From: a virus
Virus record (IMG/VR): IMGVR_UViG_3300044580_000331
DNA length: 30,953 bases
Strand: one strand, 5' to 3'
Both the position numbers and the translations under genes were made by a program. The notes beneath the pieces were generated by a model. That model had not been told where the DNA came from and did not search any database. It saw nothing but the letters and a program-made list of their open reading frames with translations. Shown in pieces: positions 15,992 through 24,211 of this stretch (its first letter is position 1; every line of letters begins with the position of its first letter).

Positions 15992-16507
15992 ATGTGGTTT
16001 ATCAAAAAACTTAAGAAATTACTTAGTCACAGCGTTAGCTTTGATGTTGAGGCGGAAACATATTGGAGTTTCCAAGTCATACGAAACGGTAAAGTTATTG
16101 CGGAATCTGCACCTGTGCATAATGTGACTACTAATGCGGGGTTGAATGTTGCTCGGGCTATCTTGCATCAGGCTGCTCATGGTGGTATTGCGGGGTTTGA
16201 TAAGTTAACGGTGGGTAGTACGGATTATACGCCTGCGGCTGGCGATACGTCGTTGACTGGTGAAGTGAATGCAGATGGTTTAGAGCGGGTGTCTGGCACT
16301 TATAGTAATGAGGCGGGTACGGGGGCGTGGAAGCTTGAAACGACTTTTACTTACACTGGGTCGGGTGTCACTGTTTATACGGGGGCTGTTTTTAATTCTG
16401 CTTCTGGCGCTACTATGATGTATGCGGCAAAGTTTGCTTCGTCTGCTACATTGGTAAATGGAGATCAGTTAAGGGTCATTGTGACGGGTTCGGTAGCGGC
16501 GGCATAG
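15992..16507 (+). CDS. Virion structural protein resembling collar/fibre-base domains
   Basis: HNVTTNAG...LTVGS....PAAGDTSLTGE...R pattern; GGAG RBS. Confidence 0.55.
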   Translation: MWFIKKLKKLLSHSVSFDVEAETYWSFQVIRNGKVIAESAPVHNVTTNAGLNVARAILHQAAHGGIAGFDKLTVGSTDYTPAAGDTSLTGEVNADGLERVSGTYSNEAGTGAWKLETTFTYTGSGVTVYTGAVFNSASGATMMYAAKFASSATLVNGDQLRVIVTGSVAAA

Positions 16508-16583
16508 AGGGGGTTAAATTTGGAGATGGGGAATAATGATAAACTGTTTTTTAACCCAAGCAACTGGTACAGTAGGTTAAGGT

Positions 16584-19133
16584 ATGCGAATCCGTAAATG
16601 GTTAACTCACCTTTTCCCAAAAAGGGTTTTTTTCTGCCCAAAATGCAAAAACCCAATTGAACAAAACACCCAACAATGTCCTTATTGCGGTGAAAAGTTT
16701 CCGCTAAACTTCGCCGTTAAATGCCCAAGAAAACTATTACAGCGAGAGCATGAAAAAGAGTTATCGGCGTATGTTCACCAAAAGATTTTTCCATCACTCA
16801 GCGAAACACACCGTAACTATTTAGCAAGATACTTCACAACGTTTTTCACGAACGGGTTTGAAGAAGGTGATTTAAGTGCTTGGGATTCAACAGGTGGAAC
16901 CCCCGAAGCATCCACAACATCACCTTACACTGGAACATACTGCCTCAAACTTGACGGTGATTATGATAGAGTATTCAAAACCATAACATCATCAGACGTA
17001 ATGTATGCCCAAGCGCGAGTAAAATGGACAAGCAATCCCGATAGCGGACAAAACTTCTCATTATTCTTTATTGAACATTCAAACTGGAACATGGTTGTCG
17101 GCGCAAATATTTACAACGATTCAGGAACAATCAAATGGCGATTAGCATATCTCGACAGCGGATTCACTGAACAATATGTTACGGTTTCGTCGCCTAACCC
17201 AACAACAAACACATGGTATCTTGTAGAGTTATACTTCGACAAAACTACAGGAACAGGAAAACTTTACGTTGACGGTGTAGAATTAGCATCAACCACATCG
17301 GTTATAACATACTATCAAGCCACAGAAATATTACTTATTAACGTAAAATCAGGCGGCACTTCACCCACAATTTATTACGATGACATCGTTGTCGCCGATG
17401 CCTATATCGGAACATACGATTTTAACGACGGCTTCGAAAGCAACGATTTCAGTAAATGGTCAACCGCTAACGGCTCAATTCAATCTACAACCAAATACTC
17501 AGGCACCTACGCCGCTCAATTCACTCAATGGCAAGCCGCAGTCCGAACAGGTACAGCAGGCAACGAAAAATACGTACAAGCAAGAGTCTATCTTAGTTCA
17601 ATGTCGGGCACCGACGCATCCAGCGAAATTTTGATGCTCTCACAGTCTGCTGGAACAAGCGTCAGTGTCATCGTAAAAGATGTTAGTGGCACCAAACACT
17701 TCTATTTACGAGACGATTGGGGAAGTGAATACGATAGCGGCATCACAGCATCAACGGATCAATGGTACCTCATTGAATTAAGCTACAAAAAAAACACTTC
17801 TGGATGGTTCAAACTCTGGATAGACGGCACACTCGAAGTGGAACAAACAGGCGACACATCAGGACACATGACTACAGCCGACACAATCATCGGTGGATAT
17901 AACCTTGACAGTTTAACAATCACCCGAATAATTGACGATGTTAAAGTTTCCGACAGCTACATCGGCACAGACACACCTAACCCAATTACATTTATTACAC
18001 AAGTCAGCAACGTAGACTCAGTTGCCGACATCGGCTCCCATTCAAACTTCGCCAACCAACAAGCCGACGACTCAACCTACGACACCTTAACGGAAGCCAA
18101 CACCGTTACACAAGGTTCGTTAACTTACCGCACCGCTCAAAACGCACAAGGAACCTCACTAACCAGCCCCTACGATGTAACCGTAAACAAACCAACAGGA
18201 ATCGTAGAAGGCGACATTATCTTCGTCGCTGTAGCATGGTACACAACCAGCGGATACACGATAGACGGTGTACCGTCAGGGTTTACTTCACTTGGTTCAT
18301 ACACTTCTAACTCTGACAAATATGCGTTGTATTATAAAATTGCTGGAGCAAGTGAGCCATCCAGTTATACTTTCAGTTTCAGCAACACAGTAAAATACAA
18401 AATCACCAGCTTCGGATACTCTGGAGGTTCTTTTAACCCATCCGACCCAATAGATGTCGTTTCAAACACTGCATACCGAACATCCGGCACCACTGTTCGA
18501 GCAGCTTCAATGACAGTTGCTAATGCTAATTCGCCACTCATTTTCATCGGTATGCAATACAACACGTCATCTCAAACCTTCACTAAACCTTCCGTACCCA
18601 CATCTGATTGGGTTGAAAATTACGATTCAGGAAGTACAACACCTGACTTTTGGTTTGAATTCTGTAGCATGATTTGGTCAGGTAGTGGCGCAACAGGAAA
18701 CATGGATGCTACTTCAACTGGTAGCAACGGAACAAAACATGCATTCGCTGTAGCACTGAAACCTATTCCACCCAACTATCGCCTTGAATTAGAGGAAGAA
18801 TTCACCGACATCCCCTACTCAAGCTACACAACTTGGACTCTCCATGTAAAAACAGGTAGTTACAGCAGCCCCGCAGAAACCCTCAACATCCAAATCCGCG
18901 ACGGCTCCACTTGGACAACACTCGGAGCATTAACAGCTTCAACTGACAACACCTTCAATGTAACTAGCTACATAGTGGCATCCACAGAGCAAATCCGTTT
19001 TATCGACGGCACAACCAGCGACGATGTCACACAATCTACATGGCAAATAGACGCCGTATGGCTCGAAGGAAGCAACATCACTGTGAGTATTCCAGTTATT
19101 ATGCATCACCTAAAACAGATGGGAATAAGCTAA
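16584..19133 (+). CDS. Large multidomain adhesin/fibre protein with tandem concanavalin A/LamG-like domains
   Basis: Two repeats beginning NGFEEGDLSAW / DGFESNDFSKW and ending YYDDIVV / IIDDVKV; Ser/Thr-rich beta domains; N-terminal CPKC..CPYC ribbon. Confidence 0.7.
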   Translation: MRIRKWLTHLFPKRVFFCPKCKNPIEQNTQQCPYCGEKFPLNFAVKCPRKLLQREHEKELSAYVHQKIFPSLSETHRNYLARYFTTFFTNGFEEGDLSAWDSTGGTPEASTTSPYTGTYCLKLDGDYDRVFKTITSSDVMYAQARVKWTSNPDSGQNFSLFFIEHSNWNMVVGANIYNDSGTIKWRLAYLDSGFTEQYVTVSSPNPTTNTWYLVELYFDKTTGTGKLYVDGVELASTTSVITYYQATEILLINVKSGGTSPTIYYDDIVVADAYIGTYDFNDGFESNDFSKWSTANGSIQSTTKYSGTYAAQFTQWQAAVRTGTAGNEKYVQARVYLSSMSGTDASSEILMLSQSAGTSVSVIVKDVSGTKHFYLRDDWGSEYDSGITASTDQWYLIELSYKKNTSGWFKLWIDGTLEVEQTGDTSGHMTTADTIIGGYNLDSLTITRIIDDVKVSDSYIGTDTPNPITFITQVSNVDSVADIGSHSNFANQQADDSTYDTLTEANTVTQGSLTYRTAQNAQGTSLTSPYDVTVNKPTGIVEGDIIFVAVAWYTTSGYTIDGVPSGFTSLGSYTSNSDKYALYYKIAGASEPSSYTFSFSNTVKYKITSFGYSGGSFNPSDPIDVVSNTAYRTSGTTVRAASMTVANANSPLIFIGMQYNTSSQTFTKPSVPTSDWVENYDSGSTTPDFWFEFCSMIWSGSGATGNMDATSTGSNGTKHAFAVALKPIPPNYRLELEEEFTDIPYSSYTTWTLHVKTGSYSSPAETLNIQIRDGSTWTTLGALTASTDNTFNVTSYIVASTEQIRFIDGTTSDDVTQSTWQIDAVWLEGSNITVSIPVIMHHLKQMGIS

Positions 19134-20083
19134 TGACCATACCCTTAAAGTATAATACTGCAAGTCAAGAGGTTCCCATAGGGCCTTTTTTGGATGATAC
19201 TGATGGGAAAACTGCTGAAACTGGATTAACTATTGCGAATACCGATATTAAGTTGTGGAAGAATGGCGCCACAACCTTAGCGAATAAGAACAGTGGCGGC
19301 GCAACTCACATTAGCGGTGGCATATATTACGCGGTTCTTGATGCTACCGATACGAACACTAAAGGCCCTATGGTGATGTTTGTGCAGGTGTCGGGTGCTT
19401 TGCCTGTTCGGGTGGAATGTGAAGTTTTAGACGCGAACTTTTTTGATGCACGTTATGGTGATGACCGTTTACAGGTGGACGTCCGAGAAAAAGGTGACAG
19501 TTCTCTTGCGCTTACTACACAGGAAAAAGCAGATGTCAATGCCGAAGTAGATGGGGCGTTAGATACTGCGGTGCCTGCGTCGCCTACTGCTAACAGCATC
19601 AATGAACGAATTAAAACTATGGATGATGCTTACACGGCTACTCGCGCAGGTTACTTAGATAACATTAATAACGCGAACCTTGCGACTGTTCCAGCGATTA
19701 CATCAGCCCGTATCGGCTACCTTGATAACATTAACAACCCGCAATTGTTGAATATATCCAGCACTATTCTTGGTAGAATTGATGCGGCAATAAGTAGCCG
19801 AAGTAGTCACAGCGCCGCTGATGTTTGGAGTGTAGCCACACGTAGCTTGACTGATAAAGAAGGGTTCCGTCTTTCAGCTACAGGCGTTGATGATGTGCTC
19901 GATGAAGTCTGCGAAAACGGTTTGACTCTTCGGCAGATGTTGCGAATTTATCTGGCTGCTTTAGCTGGAAAAAGCAGCAACTATGGCAGTACTTTCCGTG
20001 ATAATGCAGATAGCAAAAACCGTATCGTTGCAACTACAGACACCGATGGCAACAGAACTGCTGTGACATTGGATGGAACATAG
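19133..20083 (+). CDS. Putative virion fibre/structural protein
   Basis: TAATG coupling; beta-rich N-terminus, internal repeat GYLDNINN x2, helical stalk-like region. Confidence 0.6.
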   Translation: MTIPLKYNTASQEVPIGPFLDDTDGKTAETGLTIANTDIKLWKNGATTLANKNSGGATHISGGIYYAVLDATDTNTKGPMVMFVQVSGALPVRVECEVLDANFFDARYGDDRLQVDVREKGDSSLALTTQEKADVNAEVDGALDTAVPASPTANSINERIKTMDDAYTATRAGYLDNINNANLATVPAITSARIGYLDNINNPQLLNISSTILGRIDAAISSRSSHSAADVWSVATRSLTDKEGFRLSATGVDDVLDEVCENGLTLRQMLRIYLAALAGKSSNYGSTFRDNADSKNRIVATTDTDGNRTAVTLDGT

Positions 20084-20084
20084 T

Positions 20085-20780
20085 ATGGGTGCGTATTTCA
20101 GTGCAAAGTATCTTTCCACACGCTATTGTAGTAGGCGGTATTTCAGCAGAAGTACACTGACCACATTAATTGAGCGATCCATCACTGCCGCTGCAGCCTT
20201 GTCAAGTAATTTAGGGCGGCAATTCAAACCTATTCGCAACTTAACTGTTGCTGCAACGTTGCAGGGCGGGTTTAGTCGCTGGTTTAGCGGGATTAGGGTC
20301 TTCAACGCTAACGCCTCTCTGGCATCTATATTAAGTAAAGCCTTTCTGTTTGTCAGGGGCTTCACATCCACATTAACAATCCAAGCCGGCTTAACATCAA
20401 AAATCACGTTGTTCATACGCCAATTAAGCGCCTCTTTAACAGCTTCCAGCACGTTTAGCCGCCTCTATACTGCCCTAAGAGGCTTCAACGCTTCAACTTC
20501 AGTGACCTCAGGCTTTAACCGCATATCAACAACCATTCGAACCTTCACAGCATCACTGAGTTTTTCCGCTAGCTTAAGCCGCTGGCTATCAGCCGCCCGA
20601 ACATTCACCGCCCAACTCACCGTATCCTCTGTATTGCTTAAGCACATAACTCGCGTTATTCGGCGGCTCTATTTGTATGCTACTCGCAGAAGCCAAGCTG
20701 CAGAGACCCAACGGCGCCATGGCACTCTCAGCGGAGAACGCCGCAACCTCACTATAACAAGCGAAAAAGGAGAAAAATAA
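20085..20780 (+). CDS. Protein with about eight ~20-aa tandem repeats
   Basis: Repeats such as IRNLTVAATLQGGFSRWFSG / IRQLSASLTASSTFSRLYTA / IRTFTASLSFSASLSRWLSA. Confidence 0.6.
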   Translation: MGAYFSAKYLSTRYCSRRYFSRSTLTTLIERSITAAAALSSNLGRQFKPIRNLTVAATLQGGFSRWFSGIRVFNANASLASILSKAFLFVRGFTSTLTIQAGLTSKITLFIRQLSASLTASSTFSRLYTALRGFNASTSVTSGFNRISTTIRTFTASLSFSASLSRWLSAARTFTAQLTVSSVLLKHITRVIRRLYLYATRRSQAAETQRRHGTLSGERRNLTITSEKGEK

Positions 20781-20782
20781 AC

Positions 20783-21418
20783 ATGACCCACCCCGGAGAT
20801 AGCTATATAGAAACCTTAACTTTCAAAGATGACAAGGGCGAACTCTATGACCCTATGTCGGTGACGGTGTCGTTTATTTCGCCGTCAAAAACCGTAGAGG
20901 GTGCTTTGTCTATTTTGGATTTGACGCGGACTGGTGAGGGTGTTTATGAGTTGGTTTGGAGTTTGCCTGTTGACGCGGCGAGTGGTACTTGGGTTAGGCG
21001 GGTAGTTGCCACTACTGATGACGATAAAACTTTGACGTTTGAGGAGCCTTTTAACGTATCTACGCAGCCCTATGGTACCTTGTCAGTGGTGAAGCGTCTC
21101 TGTAATTTGTCTGATACAACGGCTAAAGATGTTGATTTGTCAGGTTATTTGGATGATGCCACTGACTTCATCAATACCGCTCTGCGGCGTGCAGGGGAGT
21201 CGCGTTTGCCGCTTGATCCTGTGCCGCCAGAAATAGCTCGAATCGCTAGTTTTTATGCTGCGGGGATGTTTTTGCAGCGGGATACTGCTGATGCGCGGCA
21301 CCCGTATGTGTCGGATGCTAAAGCAGAATTAGAGGCCTACATACAAGCTGCTTATCATACTGCGTCGAGGGCTCCTAAAATCTTTGTGACTAGTGAAGTG
21401 TTAGGTGAAGATGACTAA
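20783..21418 (+). CDS. Head-tail connector (gp6/gp15-like) fused to an N-terminal Ig-like domain
   Basis: C-terminal YGTLSVVKRL...YLDDATDFINTAL...P.VP..IARIA..YAA helical adaptor pattern; N-terminal beta domain (LTRTGEGVYELVW). Confidence 0.6.
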   Translation: MTHPGDSYIETLTFKDDKGELYDPMSVTVSFISPSKTVEGALSILDLTRTGEGVYELVWSLPVDAASGTWVRRVVATTDDDKTLTFEEPFNVSTQPYGTLSVVKRLCNLSDTTAKDVDLSGYLDDATDFINTALRRAGESRLPLDPVPPEIARIASFYAAGMFLQRDTADARHPYVSDAKAELEAYIQAAYHTASRAPKIFVTSEVLGEDD

Positions 21419-21857
21419 AGCCGATATTGTTTCTTTGTTATCTTCTAATTTAGCTACGCTCACCTATCGTAACCGTACGGCGCGTGTTGCGGTGGTTGCT
21501 TGGTATGTTCCTGCAAACATGCAAAAAGATTACCTGCAAAACGAGAAAGCCGATGTACTTATCAGCGTCAAAGAAGCTGAATCAGTCTCTAGCCGTTTCT
21601 TAAGCACCCTAAGAGTGCCATACACCCGAAAAACCCAATTTGAGGTTGGCGTGTGGCTGCTGGATTCTCCGAGTTATACGCGGGGTGAAAAAGATGTTTT
21701 ACGTGATGCTGCAGTGGCAGAGGTGCAGCGGATTTTTAAAGCCAACCCAACCTATGGCTGCGAGCGGGGTGTCAGAAATGACGACCACGTCTATGGTAAA
21801 GTTTGGGTGCTTTCTTCAATCGTCACAGTTCAGTCTATAACTGAATCAACAACATAA
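21411..21857 (+). CDS. Putative tail terminator/completion protein
   Basis: Position after connector, size about 148 aa; synteny only. Confidence 0.4.
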   Translation: MTKADIVSLLSSNLATLTYRNRTARVAVVAWYVPANMQKDYLQNEKADVLISVKEAESVSSRFLSTLRVPYTRKTQFEVGVWLLDSPSYTRGEKDVLRDAAVAEVQRIFKANPTYGCERGVRNDDHVYGKVWVLSSIVTVQSITESTT

Positions 21858-21877
21858 ATGGAGGAAAAAAATTAGAT

Positions 21878-22321
21878 ATGCCTGATACAAATTTAAGTGA
21901 AAACAGTCCCGTGTCCATAACAATTGGAGCCACCACCTATACTAGCGTTGTGTCTGTTGCATTGCGTTTTCAGCGTGCAGGAGGCGGCGAAATGGTCACT
22001 TCGAGAACTGTGGCGAATAGTCATGTGCCTATAGGCGTCACTGACCACCCCAAAGAATGCGTGCTTGTTGTCGTTTTAGATGCGGATGTTGTGCCCGCGT
22101 TAATGACCTCTAACTACTTGAATATGTCGGGCGCTAACGCGGCTCCCTCAGCTTTGGTTATTACAGAAAAAAACACGGCTGGCGCCACCCGCACCGTCAC
22201 CTTCACCGCCGCCAACTGCAAAATCCAAAATGTCGCCCCAAAAAATGTGGTAGAAGGCGAACAACACGTCGAAATCACATTCCTAACCTACGGCTCGATA
22301 ACTTACAGTGCATTTGCATAG
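21878..22321 (+). CDS. Putative tail tube protein
   Basis: 147 aa, beta-rich, follows the putative terminator; GGAGG RBS; synteny-based. Confidence 0.4.
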   Translation: MPDTNLSENSPVSITIGATTYTSVVSVALRFQRAGGGEMVTSRTVANSHVPIGVTDHPKECVLVVVLDADVVPALMTSNYLNMSGANAAPSALVITEKNTAGATRTVTFTAANCKIQNVAPKNVVEGEQHVEITFLTYGSITYSAFA

Positions 22322-22334
22322 GAGACGGTACGAA

Positions 22335-22547
22335 ATGAGTTTTGAGGAACTTGAACAAAAACTCAAAGCCATCCCCGGAGTCGTCGATGTTCAACTGGTG
22401 GACCGCAAACTCTCAGTAAACTACTTGCCTAACTGTGACCATAATAAAATCACTGATATGCAGTTAGCTGTGGCTCTTGCTGTTTCTGATGCGAAATTGG
22501 ATGTTGTTTTCATAGATTACATAAAAGCGGCTGTCGATGCAGTTTAA
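22335..22547 (+). CDS. Small hypothetical protein
   Basis: ATG 22335 after GGAGA RBS. Confidence 0.55.
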   Translation: MSFEELEQKLKAIPGVVDVQLVDRKLSVNYLPNCDHNKITDMQLAVALAVSDAKLDVVFIDYIKAAVDAV

Positions 22548-22812
22548 AACCTTGCTAGCCGCGCTCCGTAATAAAGGGCGGGGGCGTGAAGCAGATTACT
22601 ATTTGCGTGCGGTGTCTGCGCATTTTCATGGGGTTCTCTCAGCTGAGGCTATCGGTGAATTAGACGTTGATGAAATCGCTAGCGTGTTGACTCTTGTTGG
22701 GTTGTTTGCTAAAGTCACTATGCCTTCTCCGCTAGCTGCGTATGTTGCTGATTTGCAAGCTCGGGGTTTTAGTGTATCTGTGGGGGAGAAGTACCGAAAA
22801 TGCCTACGTTAA
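22537..22812 (+). CDS. Hypothetical protein (possible tail assembly chaperone)
   Basis: Overlaps neighbours; position upstream of tape-measure-like gene. Confidence 0.45.
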   Translation: MQFKTLLAALRNKGRGREADYYLRAVSAHFHGVLSAEAIGELDVDEIASVLTLVGLFAKVTMPSPLAAYVADLQARGFSVSVGEKYRKCLR

Positions 22813-23168
22813 CTCTTTTTGGGTCGCTAGCTGAAATACGTGCAAAGTTGCAGCGTATTCGGGGGGTTTGTATGTTGCGGGCTGCTGAGGGTTGGCCTGT
22901 TTTGCAGCATGACGAAACTTGGCTTTATCATATATCTCAAGATGGTAAGGCTTGTCCGACTTGTACTCCTTTTGACAGTAATTCTTATCGTGGGGACTAC
23001 TTGCTCTACGAGTTTCCTTTCCTTGAGGTTCTTTCGCCTTTTAAAGCGTTGGTTCATAATGAAACTAGTTTTCATGCGGCATTGCGGTGTCAATGTAGTG
23101 TTGAATGGGTTAATCCAAGTGAGGTTTTGGTGCAACGGTTGATGGCGGAGTTTGAGGCTGTTTTATGA
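22800..23168 (+). CDS. Cys-containing protein resembling a second MuF-like domain
   Basis: WLYHISQDGKACPTC...Y...P...H....LRCQC echoes the W...D.K.C..C...HPNCRC pattern. Confidence 0.45.
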   Translation: MPTLTLFGSLAEIRAKLQRIRGVCMLRAAEGWPVLQHDETWLYHISQDGKACPTCTPFDSNSYRGDYLLYEFPFLEVLSPFKALVHNETSFHAALRCQCSVEWVNPSEVLVQRLMAEFEAVL

Positions 23169-24178
23169 GCGACGTAAATATTATTCCTAGTATTGATACT
23201 TCTGAGATAGATGCGGCTTTAGCTAAGCTTGATGCTGCACTTGAAAAAAGCAATCGTTTACGGGGACAAATCGTTGGAGAACAACCTCAGCCGCCAACTA
23301 ACCAACCCACACCCACCGAACCCATTATTTTACCCTCTGAAAACATTGAGGTTTCTGTACCTAAACAGTCTGTTTTAATCGAAAAAACTGTTGAGGTTTC
23401 TACCCCTAAAGCCCCTACCTTAAACGCTGAAAACCTCGAAGACCTCTATATTCTACCCGAAGCTGAGCTTAAAGAGCCATATATGGCTGAACCTGACCTT
23501 GGCGGTTTCTTTGCGCGGCTTGAAGCGGCTAAAGCAGAGGTGGATGATGTTGTCGCGGATGGAACTGCGAAACTTGATGCGTTGTCTGCTCATGCTGAAG
23601 CGGTTAAAATTCAAGTGGAGGGGGAAGAACCTGAAAATTGGGGGCCGCTCTATGAGGAAGTTAAGACGTTGAACCCTAAGGATTGGATGGGTGATGTAGA
23701 TTCTACAGTGGCAGAGGGGCAGGAAAAGCTAGCTGAGTTATCCCAAGAAGCAGAAGCGGCTGGGGCGGCGGTGGATAATGTGGTGGCGGAGAAAAAGGCG
23801 GATTTAAAGGGTTTAGAGGGCGAGGCAGACGCAGCGGAGCAACAAGCCGATGATTTAATCGCGGGGGAAGGCACCGAAATAAAGGGGCTGGAATCTGCGT
23901 CTAGCCGTATAATTCGTATGATTCCCGGGTTGCGTGAAGCCCACAGGCTCAAGGTGGCTTTAGGCGAAATCTCAGCGGGCAACATTGTAGGAGTAATTGG
24001 CGTATTAATGCTTGCCTACTCGATTTACAAGCAAGTTGTGACGCTAATGGAAGAGCAGAAGCGGCAGCAACTAGAATATCAACAAACCATCATGCAGATA
24101 CGTGGTTATGAACATGAATCACAATTTACTGCTTGGCTACAAACACAAGATAATTACAGAACAGGCGTTATTCCCTGA
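23165..24178 (+). CDS. Short acidic tape-measure-like protein
   Basis: Ala/Glu/Asp-rich helical body, C-terminal hydrophobic helix (IVGVIGVLMLAYSIY); position before the hub/spike gene. Confidence 0.45.
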   Translation: MSDVNIIPSIDTSEIDAALAKLDAALEKSNRLRGQIVGEQPQPPTNQPTPTEPIILPSENIEVSVPKQSVLIEKTVEVSTPKAPTLNAENLEDLYILPEAELKEPYMAEPDLGGFFARLEAAKAEVDDVVADGTAKLDALSAHAEAVKIQVEGEEPENWGPLYEEVKTLNPKDWMGDVDSTVAEGQEKLAELSQEAEAAGAAVDNVVAEKKADLKGLEGEADAAEQQADDLIAGEGTEIKGLESASSRIIRMIPGLREAHRLKVALGEISAGNIVGVIGVLMLAYSIYKQVVTLMEEQKRQQLEYQQTIMQIRGYEHESQFTAWLQTQDNYRTGVIP

Positions 24179-24211
24179 TTAAATAATATTTCTTAAAGGA
24201 GAAAAACCAAC

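Noticed and set aside
22335-22547. Heavy-metal-associated (HMA) domain
   Set aside because: LKAIPGVVDVQL resembles the HMA fold but the metal-binding CxxC is absent; too weak to call.
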